Source of the DNA: an uncultured Chloroflexota bacterium
Lineage (GTDB): Bacteria > Chloroflexota > UBA11872 > VXNJ01
Reading direction: 5' to 3'
Assembly: GCA_964496475.1 (NCBI GenBank)
Contig: CAZBZS010000002.1
Location: forward strand, 56,967 to 120,966
Length of the DNA stretch: 64,000 nt
Below the pieces are notes generated by a model. The model searched no databases and was not told the origin of the DNA. It saw only the letters and a list, made by a program, of their open reading frames with translations. Shown here piece after piece: positions 1-10,804 of the stretch. The first letter of the stretch is position 1. Every line of letters starts with the position of its first letter. Both the position numbers and the translations under genes were made by a program.

Positions 1-305
1 AGCAGGACCCTCTGCTCTGGGCTGAGCGCCCCGCATAATACCGGCGGCAGCGCTACCGCCAGGAAAATCCATCCTCCCAGCCAAAACGCCACGGCAAGTA
101 TGTGGATCACCCGCGACAAGGTCCAGATGAAGAGGTTTGGCGCCATCCCGGCAAGCTACAGGATGCCGGCCTCGGTCTTCAATCGACCTCTCGCATCCTA
201 GTGCGATATGCCGACGAGAAATTTACGATGGCTTACCCAGACCTCCGAGGTAGCGTCTTTGAGGAGTCTGCTGAGTCGAACCGTACCCCCAGCCAGCCTC
301 CGTCC

Positions 306-2231
306 TCAACCAGCATCGACTGACTCGCGCTGTTTCCTGATCCATAATGTCATTTCTGATTCGCCCCGGTTGCCCCAGGCAAAAAAAGGGATTGCCGTCA
401 GCGGTACCTGCTTTCGTCGCCGGCGTGGCGCGTCAATACTGCTGTACAAATCATTCCATGGATCTGTAGGAGCGCTTCCCTCACCCACCAGCGCCACTGC
501 GTCCTTCACAGGCCCTGTGAAGGAGACTTCACGCAGGAAAGCACCGCCCGCGCCGACCCGCAGACCCACGTCCCTGACCGCCACACCCGGGTTGTCCACA
601 CTTTCGAGGCAGTAGACAAGTGGACCTCTCTTCAACACCACCGACTCCCTCGCCTCAACAACCCGGGGATTAGCCACCAGCGCTTCCGGTGGCATACGTA
701 AACCGAGTTCTACCGAGTCGCTCGAAGACCAGCGCCGTCGCAGTTCCGCGTAACCTTTGCGTGGCGTGACAGTTATGTCTTGCCCATTAACCGACATTGT
801 CGGGTTCTGGCACCACCCGGGAATCCGGAAGAAAAGCGAGAATTCCCGGTGGTGCTCAGGCTCCACCTCGATTTTCACTTTCCCGTCCCACGGATACCGG
901 GTGGAGACCTTCAGCCGGACCGACATGCCGTCGTCTAAATACCAGTTAAGTTCATTTGCGGCATATTGATGAACCCATAGTCCCGCCTCACTCGATCCGT
1001 AGAAGTAGCCGGGTAATTGGGCCAGAGTTCGGGCCAGATTTGGCGGGCAGCAGGCCACCCGCTCGAAAAACCAAGGTTGTCGTACCCGGGATCCAAGAGT
1101 CGTGTGTCGGTCCTGTTCCGCCCAGGGGCCCGCTGTATTTCTGCCGTAACAAGCGTGTGGCACGTCATAAAAAAAGCTGTCACCGCTCAATCCGACGCCC
1201 GCGAGCACGCTGTTGTACATACACAATTCCATCAAATCAGCGAATCTGCCGTCGCCCTCGAATCCCAGCATCCTCCAATTCCACATCAACGAACCGATTG
1301 CAGCGCACGTCTCCGCGTAGGAGTTCTCGTGAGGCAGTTCGAACTTGCGCCCGAATGATTCCGTTCGCATGCGTCCGCCGACCGCCCCTGTGACGTACAT
1401 CTTGGATTCGACCATGCTGCGCCAGAGTCGTTCAAGCGCCTCCCGATAGGGATCCTCCCCGGTTTCCGCGTACAGGTCGGCCATCCCGGCGGCGAAGAAA
1501 GTCGCCTTGACAGCATGCCCGCTGATCGCGCTCATCTCGGCGCCGCCGGCTGCATCCACGAAGAACCGAGCGGTATCCAGGTAGAGTTGCTCGCCGGCTT
1601 CCCGATACATTTCCACGAGCGCCATTTCGATCTCCGGATGACCGGGACGGCCCTCGTTTCGGCCAGGGCCAAATTCGGTTGCCACCTGGTCGGCCAGACG
1701 TTGCGCCACCTCGAAAAGCCGCTTGCTGCCGGTCGCTCGGCGGTGCGCTATCGCTGCCTGGAACAGATGTCCGGCCGCAAACAACTCGTGCTTAATAACC
1801 GGGTCTTGCCATCGTTTTTCAGGACGATCGGGTCGTATCGTAAGGCCGATATATCCGTCGTCAAATTGCGCCTTTTCGATCAGGTCGATCGCGATCTCAA
1901 CCATCGTGGCGAGTTCGGGGGACTGCTTGCTCACCAGAGTTGTGACGGCAGCTTCGATCCACTTGTACAGTCGGGCTTCGCCCGCGAAGCGGACCTCGTT
2001 CGCGAACGCATCCGGGTCATGCGCTTTCTTGAAACGCTCGAACATACCCTCTCGTTCGAGCTGCGCGAACGTGTGCTCCAAGGTCACCTGCGCGTTTACG
2101 GATAACCGATCGTTCCAGAAGCCGGGCAGCAGGTTGACCGCACCCACCGCCACCGGTCGCAGCCGAACGTGCGGACTATTTCGTGTATCAACCACGATGC
2201 CGCGAGGGGTGGCATCTACCCCGGTCGGCAC
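306..2231 (-). CDS. Glycoside hydrolase family 127-like (DUF1680, beta-L-arabinofuranosidase-like) protein
   Basis: 641-aa ORF; GTG start preceded by aaggag; sequence character typical of DUF1680/GH127 (HypBA1-like) enzymes. Confidence 0.65.
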   Translation of the reverse strand: MPTGVDATPRGIVVDTRNSPHVRLRPVAVGAVNLLPGFWNDRLSVNAQVTLEHTFAQLEREGMFERFKKAHDPDAFANEVRFAGEARLYKWIEAAVTTLVSKQSPELATMVEIAIDLIEKAQFDDGYIGLTIRPDRPEKRWQDPVIKHELFAAGHLFQAAIAHRRATGSKRLFEVAQRLADQVATEFGPGRNEGRPGHPEIEMALVEMYREAGEQLYLDTARFFVDAAGGAEMSAISGHAVKATFFAAGMADLYAETGEDPYREALERLWRSMVESKMYVTGAVGGRMRTESFGRKFELPHENSYAETCAAIGSLMWNWRMLGFEGDGRFADLMELCMYNSVLAGVGLSGDSFFYDVPHACYGRNTAGPWAEQDRHTTLGSRVRQPWFFERVACCPPNLARTLAQLPGYFYGSSEAGLWVHQYAANELNWYLDDGMSVRLKVSTRYPWDGKVKIEVEPEHHREFSLFFRIPGWCQNPTMSVNGQDITVTPRKGYAELRRRWSSSDSVELGLRMPPEALVANPRVVEARESVVLKRGPLVYCLESVDNPGVAVRDVGLRVGAGGAFLREVSFTGPVKDAVALVGEGSAPTDPWNDLYSSIDAPRRRRKQVPLTAIPFFAWGNRGESEMTLWIRKQRESVDAG

Positions 2232-2393
2232 GGTTAATCTCCTTTCTCAGAGCTGCGTCGCCATCAAGCGTAGACGCCCGCCGCCACTAGTTCTAGCAAG
2301 CCTGTCCAACGCGAGCCCCCTTCAGGGCCCGATGCAGAACTCAACTGGATTTGTCACAATGGCTGTGATCTCCAGACTCCCGGAGCGCCTCGT

Positions 2394-3695
2394 ATGACGA
2401 ACGACTTCCCCAACATCGTCTTGATTCACTGCCACGACCTGGGTGATTTCTTCGGCTGCTACCCGGGAAACAGCGCCATCACGCCGGCGCTCGATACGCT
2501 CGCTTCGCAAGGTGCTGTACTCGACAATCATTTTGCCTCCGCGCCGCAGTGCAGTCCGTCGCGCGCCAGCATGATGACCGGCCTTGCACCGCATCGCCAC
2601 GGGCTGATGGGACTTCAAAATCGGGGCGTCTGGAATATGGATTCCAGCGTCCCAACCCTTGCCACCCTGTTGCGCGATCTCGGTTACCAAACGGCAAGTT
2701 TCGGCACCTGGCACATCAGCACCGATCTGAAGTCGCACGGCATCGATGAGTGGGATGAGACCGCAATTTGCGAAGAGGCTACCGCAACCACCCTTAATTT
2801 CTTACGTGACCGGGACTCCGCGTCGCCGTTGTTCCTCCTCGTCGGTTTCTTCGAACCACACAGGGAGTACACCGACCGCTGGGATGACCTACAAGACGCT
2901 TCAGGCCTCCGGATTCCGCCTTACCTGCCCGACATCCCCGAAACCCGTGAGGAGATGAGTCGCTTTTACGGAGATCTGAGCCGGTTAGATCGTTGCGTCG
3001 GCCAGATTCTCGCTTGCCTGGATGAGGACGGCATTCGGGATGACACAATCCTCATCTTCACCACGGACCACGGAATCGCGATGCCGCTGGCGAAGGGCAC
3101 ACTTTACGACCCCGGCATAAGGATCGGCGCCATCCTCCGCTGCCCTGGACGCATCGACGCTGGCTCGCACTTTTCACAGTTGACGAGCAACGTCGATATG
3201 CTCCCTACAATCATGGAGGCTGTCGGTGCCGGCACCCGGACCCCGGCCGATCTGGATGGAATCAGCTTCTGGGGCGCCCTGACCGGGGGCGACGGCCTCA
3301 AGCGCGACACCGTGCTCGCTGAGATGACCTGGCATGACTTTTACGAGCCCATGCGCGCTATTCGCACCGCTCGCCACAAGTTGATCCACAATTTCGAGGT
3401 TCGTGACGGCCTTCAGGTGGCCGCGGACATCCGGCGTTCACCGATTATCCCGCACATGCGCTGGCAGCTCCGCGACTGGAAGCGGCCGGAGTTGGAACTC
3501 TACGACCTCGAATCCGACCCGCAAGAGCGCCGCAACCTTGCCGGAGACCCGTCGGCCGCTGATATCGAAGCGGGGCTAAACGCGCGGCTGAACCAATATC
3601 TTCAGTCCACAGACGACCCTATCTTGGCAGGTCCCGTCGACATTTCCGACGCCTATCATGATTTCATCGTACGTGCGCCCGCCGGGCTACCGTAA
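2394..3695 (+). CDS. Formylglycine-dependent sulfatase (arylsulfatase family)
   Basis: 433 aa; N-terminal CSPSRASMMTG matches the sulfatase C-x-P-x-R signature; downstream metal-binding region (FTTDHG). Confidence 0.85.
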   Translation: MTNDFPNIVLIHCHDLGDFFGCYPGNSAITPALDTLASQGAVLDNHFASAPQCSPSRASMMTGLAPHRHGLMGLQNRGVWNMDSSVPTLATLLRDLGYQTASFGTWHISTDLKSHGIDEWDETAICEEATATTLNFLRDRDSASPLFLLVGFFEPHREYTDRWDDLQDASGLRIPPYLPDIPETREEMSRFYGDLSRLDRCVGQILACLDEDGIRDDTILIFTTDHGIAMPLAKGTLYDPGIRIGAILRCPGRIDAGSHFSQLTSNVDMLPTIMEAVGAGTRTPADLDGISFWGALTGGDGLKRDTVLAEMTWHDFYEPMRAIRTARHKLIHNFEVRDGLQVAADIRRSPIIPHMRWQLRDWKRPELELYDLESDPQERRNLAGDPSAADIEAGLNARLNQYLQSTDDPILAGPVDISDAYHDFIVRAPAGLP

Positions 3696-3735
3696 TCGCG
3701 GCTGTGTGTAAATCCGAGATGGAAAAGGTGACTCG

Positions 3736-3915
3736 ATGACAGCATTCAGATCCTGCACCGTTATCGGTGCGGGCTTCATGGGGCCACAGATCGCCGTCGC
3801 CCTGGCCGCCTGCGCCGAAAGGGTCCGGCTCTACGACACCGACTCCCCGCTTCTGGCGCTGATAAATCAGCCTACCGAATGCACACCTGTTCCACCCGCG
3901 GGCGTTTCCCCCTGA
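3736..3915 (+). pseudogene. Truncated 5' fragment of a 3-hydroxyacyl-CoA dehydrogenase paralog
   Basis: 59-codon ORF MTAFRSCTVIGAGFMGPQIAVALAACAERVRLYDTD... aligns with the N-terminus of the full-length gene at 6730 (MSVFRTSTVVGLGLVGPQIAVVLAQGSERLQVYDRD) and then stops; below the ORF-track length cutoff. Confidence 0.5.
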
Positions 3916-4111
3916 CCCGTTGCCTTCGACGTTCTGCCTCCACCGCTTGTCTCAATGCCGATCCGCCTTCTCCCCGCCCTGCCTTTCCAACCGTGCGTCG
4001 TTCCGCCGCCACCCTGAACTTGATGATCGCAAGCAGCAAGTCGGCCCGTTCACTAGTAGAACTCCGGGTTCAACAAGAAGGGGACATCGAAGGCGTGCGT
4101 TAGGCCATTCC

Positions 4112-4117
4112 TATAAT
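4112..4117 (+). promoter_or_regulatory. Candidate -10 element (TATAAT) upstream of the MDR dehydrogenase gene
   Basis: Perfect TATAAT about 48 nt upstream of the ATG at 4166; strong RBS GGGAGGG before the ATG; -35 not convincing. Confidence 0.2.
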
Positions 4118-4165
4118 CTCCACCAGTCACCGCGCTGCTGGCTTTGAGCCCATAGGGAGGGTGCC

Positions 4166-5236
4166 ATGGAGATCCGTCGGATACTCGTTCGTGCCAAGCG
4201 CGACGTTGTTTTGGAAACGGTCGAGATTCCAGAGCAGCCGCGACTAGGCGAGGTTCTCATCGAGACGGAAAAGACTTTCATCAGCGCTGGTACCGAGCTG
4301 GCGAATTACACAGCTCTCGACCCAACCGTCTCGACCCCTGGTTCCTGGAACTCATATCCTTGGCCTTCTGGGTACGCAAACGCGGGTCGGGTAGTGGCTA
4401 TTGGCGAGGAGATCGAGGGGTTGGAGGCGGGCGACCGCGTTTTCACCTTCGGCAAGCACGCGTCTCGCCATTACGCCAACCTGCTCGATCCCAGCGCCAT
4501 CGCGACGCAAGTTCAAGGAAATGAGCGCGGCGCGACCAGCGACATGGTCGTCAAGATCCCCGATGGCGTAAGCAGCGAGGATGCCGCCGCCGCGCGCATG
4601 GCAGGCGTCGCCATCACCGCCCTCCGCGTCAGCACCGCTCAGGCCGGGGATTGGGTCGTTGTATTCGGACTCGGGATGGTCGGCAATCTGGCGGCTCAGT
4701 ATTTCACGATCCAGGGCTGCAATGTGATCGGTGTCGATCCGATGCTGGCCAGGCGCTGTCTCGCCCAAGAAGTCGGTGTCGAGCACGTAGTCGGCGGCTC
4801 TCCCGAAGAAACACTGGCGGCGATCCTCGAACTGACCGCGGGCCGCGGAGCGGACACCGCCATCGACGCCGTCGGCGATTCCCTGGTGGTCAAGCAGGCC
4901 GGCCAGGTTGCGGCCCATGCAGGGGAGGTCATCATCCTGGGCTCGCCCAGGGAGCAGCATGACGGGAATCTAACCTCCCTGATCCGACCCGTACACTGGG
5001 ACTTCGTTCAATTCAAAGGCGCACTCGAGTGGCAGTTCCCCCGTTATCCGATTCGAGGACAGCGCCATTCAATCTACTCAAACATCCGCACTTATCTCGA
5101 GCTGATGGCGCGCGGAAAGTTGAACCTCGGCAAGCTGATCTCGCACAGGATGCGCCCCGATGAAATCGAATCCGCGTACGAAAATCTGCTTAACGACAAA
5201 GAGCATTACTGGGGCGTCATTCTCGATTGGACCTAG
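4166..5236 (+). CDS. Zinc-dependent medium-chain dehydrogenase/reductase (MDR) family oxidoreductase
   Basis: 356 aa; MDR-type catalytic and nucleotide-binding domains; GGGAGGG RBS. Confidence 0.75.
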   Translation: MEIRRILVRAKRDVVLETVEIPEQPRLGEVLIETEKTFISAGTELANYTALDPTVSTPGSWNSYPWPSGYANAGRVVAIGEEIEGLEAGDRVFTFGKHASRHYANLLDPSAIATQVQGNERGATSDMVVKIPDGVSSEDAAAARMAGVAITALRVSTAQAGDWVVVFGLGMVGNLAAQYFTIQGCNVIGVDPMLARRCLAQEVGVEHVVGGSPEETLAAILELTAGRGADTAIDAVGDSLVVKQAGQVAAHAGEVIILGSPREQHDGNLTSLIRPVHWDFVQFKGALEWQFPRYPIRGQRHSIYSNIRTYLELMARGKLNLGKLISHRMRPDEIESAYENLLNDKEHYWGVILDWT

Positions 5237-5298
5237 CCATCCACCGCCGTCGGGGTTGGCAGGGTATTTGGCAAGCGCATCGCCTGGAGGAAGGCAAT

Positions 5299-6408
5299 AT
5301 GGAAGTACAGCGGGTACTGGTACCGACAAAAAATGAAGTGTTCCTGGAAACCATCGAAGTCCCGGACGAGCCCGCGCCCGGCGCAGTGTTGATAAAAACC
5401 GCCGCGACCTTCATTAGTGCCGGCACCGAGCTGGCCAACTACACTGCGCTCAGCAGCACTGTCTGGGAGCCTGGGAACTGGAACTCGTATCCGTGGGACT
5501 CTGGCTACTCCAATGTCGGTCACATAATCGCCATAGGTGAGGGAGTCGAAGGCTTCGAAGTTGGCGATCACGTTTTTTGTTACGGCCGCCACGCTTCCCA
5601 CCTGCACGTACGTCCATTCGCACCCGGTGCCGGTGAGAACGATGTCGATCACCTCTTGGTAAAGGTTCCGGATGGCATCGACTCGGCTACCGCCGCTACA
5701 GCCCGGATGGCTGTTGTGGCCATGAATGGCTTGGTGCAAAGTTCCGTCCGACTCAACGACTGGGTAGCCGTCTTCGGACTTGGCTGCGTCGGCAATTTCT
5801 GCTCCCAGTTCTTCCAGTTGGCCGGCGCCCGGGTGATAGGCGTCGATCCGGTTGCCACCCGGCGCAATCTCGCGCGCAGGGTCGGAATCAAGACCGTACT
5901 TGGCGACGAACCAGATAGGGTTTCCGAGCAGATACTCGAGTTGACCGGCTCCGACCCGGTGATCGAAGTCGATTCGGTTGGGCTATCGAGTACAGTCCGC
6001 CGGATGATCCGCGGCCCCGGAGCGCGAATTACCGTGGACGCCGTCGGGCACTCGGGAGTCATCGACCAGGCCGCACAACTGACAGCGCCGTGGGGCCAGC
6101 TTGTCATCCTGGGCAGCCCGCGGGCCCCCTATGAAGGTAATTTCACGCCGTTAACCGAACGCATCCATTTCGCCCACATCGAAATTTGCGGCGCACTCGA
6201 GTGGTTAACTCCCACTCTCCCAGTACCCAGCGCAAGCTACTCAATCGTCGAAAACATCCACACAATCCATGACCTTATCAAGCGTGGCCTCCTCAACGTG
6301 GATGCACTTATCTCCCACCGAATAAACCCCGCCGATATCAAGCAGGCCTACGAAGGGCTGTTGAACGACAAGGAGACCTACCATGGCGTCATACTCGACT
6401 GGTCTTAG
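5299..6408 (+). CDS. MDR family zinc-dependent dehydrogenase, tandem paralog
   Basis: Start chosen at MEVQRVLVP (RBS GGAGGAAGG), parallel to MEIRRILVR of the upstream copy; the two are conserved along their length (FISAGTELANYTAL, SYPW, GVILDW). Confidence 0.75.
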   Translation: MEVQRVLVPTKNEVFLETIEVPDEPAPGAVLIKTAATFISAGTELANYTALSSTVWEPGNWNSYPWDSGYSNVGHIIAIGEGVEGFEVGDHVFCYGRHASHLHVRPFAPGAGENDVDHLLVKVPDGIDSATAATARMAVVAMNGLVQSSVRLNDWVAVFGLGCVGNFCSQFFQLAGARVIGVDPVATRRNLARRVGIKTVLGDEPDRVSEQILELTGSDPVIEVDSVGLSSTVRRMIRGPGARITVDAVGHSGVIDQAAQLTAPWGQLVILGSPRAPYEGNFTPLTERIHFAHIEICGALEWLTPTLPVPSASYSIVENIHTIHDLIKRGLLNVDALISHRINPADIKQAYEGLLNDKETYHGVILDWS

Positions 6409-6729
6409 GCAGGTCGCGATAGTGTATAAGGAGGGATCTCATTAAACGTGAGGCAGGCATTCATCCATGGGTTCGCCATTGCGGGACTTGGCGATGTTCA
6501 GGTTTTGGATCGTCCGGCTCGGAGCGAGCACTGGTGAAGATGGAATACCCCCTATTCGTCCACCGTCGGCCGCCTACGCGGGTCGGTTATGGGTACGAAG
6601 CGCTGGACCGTGACAAGAACCGCTATGTTGGTGCCGTCCTCGACAGGCACCACGAATCAGTTCTCCACCGGGGAGCTCAATTTCTGACCGCACAAGTTCA
6701 TCTGTCCAAGTGAATCTGAAGGACAGATA

Positions 6730-7719
6730 GTGAGCGTATTTAGGACATCTACGGTGGTGGGACTCGGACTGGTTGGTCCGCAGATCGCAGTGGTCTTGGC
6801 TCAGGGCAGCGAGCGCTTGCAAGTGTACGACCGGGATCCCGCAGTCGCGCAACGCGCCATCAACAACATGCGCGACTACGTGGCCGAAATCGCCCGACAC
6901 GATCTCCTGATCGGGAATCCAGATGATGTACTGGCACGGATCCAGGTAGCGTCCACGTTGGATGAAGCTGTCATCGGTACCGAGTTTGTGCTAGAGGCGA
7001 TCTCTGAGAATCTCGAAACCAAGCAGGAGCTTTATCGGGAACTCGATCGGATTAGTCCACCCGAGGTCACCATCGCCAGCAACACTTCCACCATTCCCAT
7101 CCGTCACATGGCGGAGGTCTGCGTTCATCCTGAGCGGGTCGTCGGTAGCCATTTCTATCTACCGGCGCATATTCTGCCCCTGGTGGAAGTCATCAAGCAT
7201 CCCCACGTCGACGAAGAGCATGTATCGCGTACATATGAAGCCTGGGTGGCGATGGGAAAAGTGCCCATTCTGGTCAACATCGATATCGTCGGATTTGTAG
7301 CCAATCGGCTGCAACATTCTCTCACCCGCCAGGCCATCGAATTGGCGGTCGATGGAGTGGCCAGCGTAGAGGATATCGACAATGCCGTGCGATTCAGTTT
7401 TGCCGCCCGGTTCCTTTCACTGGGCCCTCTCGCCAGTCGCGATCTGGGCGGTATCAAGAACCATGCCAAAGTGGCCAGTTACCTATACCACGAGCTCGAC
7501 TCAGACGGCGACACTGCCGTCCGTCGGCTGCAAGAAATGTCCGATCGGGGAGACGACGGCCTCCGCACGCTCAAAGGGTTTTACGATTGGGAGGGCGATC
7601 CCGAGGAGCTGCGCAGTTACCACTACGAGCGGATGATCGAGCAAACAAAACGTCTACGGGAAATTGGCGGTATCCGCACGAGTCTTGCGCCATCTAAGGA
7701 TGGCGCCGCAGATGATTAG
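6730..7719 (+). CDS. 3-hydroxyacyl-CoA dehydrogenase family protein (NAD-binding)
   Basis: 329 aa; N-terminal Rossmann GLGLVGPQIA; C-terminal 3HCDH domain character. Confidence 0.8.
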   Translation: MSVFRTSTVVGLGLVGPQIAVVLAQGSERLQVYDRDPAVAQRAINNMRDYVAEIARHDLLIGNPDDVLARIQVASTLDEAVIGTEFVLEAISENLETKQELYRELDRISPPEVTIASNTSTIPIRHMAEVCVHPERVVGSHFYLPAHILPLVEVIKHPHVDEEHVSRTYEAWVAMGKVPILVNIDIVGFVANRLQHSLTRQAIELAVDGVASVEDIDNAVRFSFAARFLSLGPLASRDLGGIKNHAKVASYLYHELDSDGDTAVRRLQEMSDRGDDGLRTLKGFYDWEGDPEELRSYHYERMIEQTKRLREIGGIRTSLAPSKDGAADD

Positions 7720-7767
7720 CGCTGGAGACCACCGCAATATGACAGGACTTACCAGGAACTGGCTTCC

Positions 7768-8712
7768 GTGAATCGACGCCAATTCGGAAATTCGGATCTA
7801 CAAATTTCGACGATCGGCCTCGGCTGTGTACCACTCGGAGACATCGAAAAGGTACCCACCGTTGATGATGCCGTCGCCATAATGCGAGCCGCCCTTGAAT
7901 CGGGCATCAACTTCTTTGATACCGCCCCGCTCTACGGCAACAGTGAGTCGGAGCGCCGGGTCGGGGCGGCGTTGCGCGAGTGCAAAGACGCGATCCCCAC
8001 GGATTTTGTATTGAATACCAAGGTCGGGTACCGGCCGGAACCGTTCGATTACGGGTCCGAGGAACAGACGCTAGCCTGCGTGGAGGAAAGCCTGCGTCTT
8101 CTCGGAGTAGATTATCTTCCCATGATTCACATCCATGACGTACAGCACTCGGATTTACCCACTGTCATGAAGGGGGCAAGAAAGGCGCTGCACCGGCTTC
8201 AAGCGGAAGGGGTGGTCGGAATGGTCGGTGTGGCGGCCGGACCGATTGCTATGATGATCGAGTACGTGGAAACCGGTGAGTTCGACTCCATCCTGACCCA
8301 CAACCGGTACACGTTGCTGGACCAGCCTGCTGATTCATTGATCGCCCGTGCTACCGAACTCGGACTCGGCGTAATCAACGGCGCGCCGTTCTCGTCAGGA
8401 CTCCTGGCTCGGCCTCTCGACCGGTCGGCAACCTACATCTACCGCGAGGCGGATCCCGGGGCGCTCGCCAGAGCTGCTCGAATTTATGAGATTTGCCAGC
8501 AGCATGGCGTTTCAACCGTCGCCGCGGCTATCCAGTTCTCTACCCGTGACGACCGTATTCACACAACGATCATGGGGGCGGCTTCCCCAGAACAGATTCG
8601 TCAGTCATCCACATCGCTCTCTGAGACTATGCCCGTCGAAATTTGGGCCGAGTTTCGACGGGATGCGCCGCCGAAGAAAACCGACGATATACGGGGGCTT
8701 CGCGATAAGTAG
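7768..8712 (+). CDS. Aldo/keto reductase
   Basis: 314 aa; FFDTAPLYGNSESE motif typical of the AKR family. Confidence 0.8.
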   Translation: MNRRQFGNSDLQISTIGLGCVPLGDIEKVPTVDDAVAIMRAALESGINFFDTAPLYGNSESERRVGAALRECKDAIPTDFVLNTKVGYRPEPFDYGSEEQTLACVEESLRLLGVDYLPMIHIHDVQHSDLPTVMKGARKALHRLQAEGVVGMVGVAAGPIAMMIEYVETGEFDSILTHNRYTLLDQPADSLIARATELGLGVINGAPFSSGLLARPLDRSATYIYREADPGALARAARIYEICQQHGVSTVAAAIQFSTRDDRIHTTIMGAASPEQIRQSSTSLSETMPVEIWAEFRRDAPPKKTDDIRGLRDK

Positions 8713-8764
8713 GCTCCCGGTCGGAGCGGAGGTCCCACTCGCGTGGGCGGTTCGCCCGGGACCC

Positions 8765-9496
8765 CTACGTGAGACTGAGCACAGCCACGCCGGCCACCGC
8801 CAAAAAGGTTCCGGACGCCGTCAGCCAACCCGGGCGTTGCTTAAGAAATGCGACTGCCAGCATCATCGCGAGTACTGGTGAACCCGCGCCGATCGCTCCG
8901 GCCCGTCCTGCGCCAAGCGTTTGGATCGCACTTAGAAAAAATATGCTTCCGGCACCCAGTCCGATCGCCCCAGAGAGCACTGCTATCGCGCGGTCGTGGT
9001 TTGTCATCGTCATGGGCACTAACCGGCCCGCCGACTTCCAGGCCAGTAGCCCGATTGCTATCGCCGCGGCTGGCATTCGAAAACTGTTGGCCACCACAGG
9101 CGGCAGGTCGCCAATCCCGGTCTTCAATAACGTGAAATCTAGCCCCCACATCATCGCTATTACGACCGCATAAACGAGACCGAACATCGGCGCGGTCGAT
9201 GCGATTGTGTACGACCGGGTCACCCCAATTAGACGCATGATCCCGAACAGCAGCGTCTCCCCCAGGCCAATACCAAGCACCACCGATCCCGCCATCGCTG
9301 CGAAGTTATGCCATCCGAGCTTCAGGAACTCGCCTTGCAAGCCGAACGCAAACATGCCTACGGGCATTATCACGGCGGGCGCCCAGAGGCGAATGGCATT
9401 CAATTGAAGCGAGGGAAACGATCCCGCGATTCCGCGGAGGGCGACAAATCCGGCGGCCCAGCACAGGGCTGCGGCAAGAGCGGCTAGCTCACCCAA
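8765..9496 (-). CDS. EamA/DMT-family transporter
   Basis: 243 aa, about 8 predicted TM helices, Gly/Ala-rich hydrophobic repeats. Confidence 0.6.
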   Translation of the reverse strand: MGELAALAAALCWAAGFVALRGIAGSFPSLQLNAIRLWAPAVIMPVGMFAFGLQGEFLKLGWHNFAAMAGSVVLGIGLGETLLFGIMRLIGVTRSYTIASTAPMFGLVYAVVIAMMWGLDFTLLKTGIGDLPPVVANSFRMPAAAIAIGLLAWKSAGRLVPMTMTNHDRAIAVLSGAIGLGAGSIFFLSAIQTLGAGRAGAIGAGSPVLAMMLAVAFLKQRPGWLTASGTFLAVAGVAVLSLT

Positions 9497-9529
9497 TGGC
9501 TGCCAGCCTTACGGCATGTCGGTGCGGCG

Positions 9530-10804
9530 TTAGCTGCGACTGATACCCGGCACCGAATACGACCGTGCCAGGTCCTCGACCTCCGACCTAACTCGGGAGA
9601 ACTCTTCTTCGTTGCCGCGGCCCGCATCATGCACCCGCTTTATCCACCCGGCTATCCGGCGCATCTCATCCGGCCCCATCCCACGAGTCGTCAAGGCCGG
9701 GGTCCCCAATCGGATTCCAGAAGTGACAGTCGCCTTGCGCGTCTCACGCGGAACCGTGTTCTTGTTGGCAGTTATCCCGGCCTTCTCCAGCCGGCTCTGC
9801 ATGGCCCGCCCGCTCGGGCCGTCAGACCCGAGATCCATCAACATCAGATGATTTTCAGTTCCACCGCTGACCAGGCGGAGACCTTCGCGGGTCAACGCCT
9901 CAGCCAGTGTTTTCGCATTTTCCACAACCCGAGCGGCGTAGTTGGCAAACTCGTCCGACAGAGCCTCCTTGAACGCCACGGCCTTGCCCGCGATAACGTG
10001 CATGAACGGCCCCCCCTGGGTCCCCGGAAACACAATGCTGTCGATAGCCTTAGCGTATTCTTCGCGGCAAATCGCGAATCCACCCCGGGGACCCCGCAGC
10101 GATTTATGCGTCGAGCTTGTCACAAAATCCGCGTAGGGCACTGGCGATGGGTGTGCTTTGCCCGCCACCAGTCCCGCGATATGAGCCATATCGCTCATAT
10201 GCATCGCCCCCACCTCGTCAGCGATCTCCGCGAACCGGGCGAAATCTATGATCCTCGGATACGCCGTCGAACCCGAAACGATCATTTTTGGCCGCGTGTC
10301 GCGCGCGATTCGCCGAATCTCGTCAAAGTCCATTAGTTCGGTATCGGGGTCAACCCCGTAAGAAACCACGTTGTAAAGCGACCCCGAAAAACTCCGAGGA
10401 TGCCCGTGGGTCAGATGACCGCCATGTTCCAGGCTCATCCCCATGATGGTATCGCCGGGCTCTAAGACCGCCATGTAGACGGCCATATTCGGGGCCGAGC
10501 CCGAATGAGGCTGAACGTTTACGTGGTCACCACCAAAAAGCTCTAGCGCCCGCGATTGGGCCAGCCGTTCCACCTCGTCCACGTTCACACATCCGCCGTA
10601 ATACCTTCTTCCCGGATACCCTTCGGCGTACTTATTGGTCAAGATCGAGCCCACCACCTCCAGGACGGCCTGGCTCGTGTAATTCTCAGATGCGATCATC
10701 TCCAACCCGTCGACCTGCCGGCCTTCCTCAGCCTGAAGAATCGCATAAATCTCGTAATCAGTATCGGCAAGTCTTACTGCGCTAGAGGGCTCGTGGATAG
10801 TCAT
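9530..10804 (-). CDS. glyA: Serine hydroxymethyltransferase
   Basis: 424 aa; the PLP-lysine motif [13 protein letters not shown] and GGHLTHGH are diagnostic for SHMT. Confidence 0.92.
   Translation of the reverse strand: MTIHEPSSAVRLADTDYEIYAILQAEEGRQVDGLEMIASENYTSQAVLEVVGSILTNKYAEGYPGRRYYGGCVNVDEVERLAQSRALELFGGDHVNVQPHSGSAPNMAVYMAVLEPGDTIMGMSLEHGGHLTHGHPRSFSGSLYNVVSYGVDPDTELMDFDEIRRIARDTRPKMIVSGSTAYPRIIDFARFAEIADEVGAMHMSDMAHIAGLVAGKAHPSPVPYADFVTSSTHKSLRGPRGGFAICREEYAKAIDSIVFPGTQGGPFMHVIAGKAVAFKEALSDEFANYAARVVENAKTLAEALTREGLRLVSGGTENHLMLMDLGSDGPSGRAMQSRLEKAGITANKNTVPRETRKATVTSGIRLGTPALTTRGMGPDEMRRIAGWIKRVHDAGRGNEEEFSRVRSEVEDLARSYSVPGISRS

Noticed and set aside
1515-2397. Two overlapping plus-strand ORFs (196 and 224 aa)
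   Set aside because: They are antisense to the GH127-like gene and have no family features.
6440-6729. Possible selenoprotein or frameshifted dehydrogenase (short ORF ending in TGA followed by open frames)
   Set aside because: The translation downstream of the TGA in any frame does not continue an MDR dehydrogenase pattern. It is treated as a decayed 5' stub, not a Sec read-through.
9629-10336. 235-aa plus-strand ORF
   Set aside because: It is antisense inside glyA, which is unambiguous.
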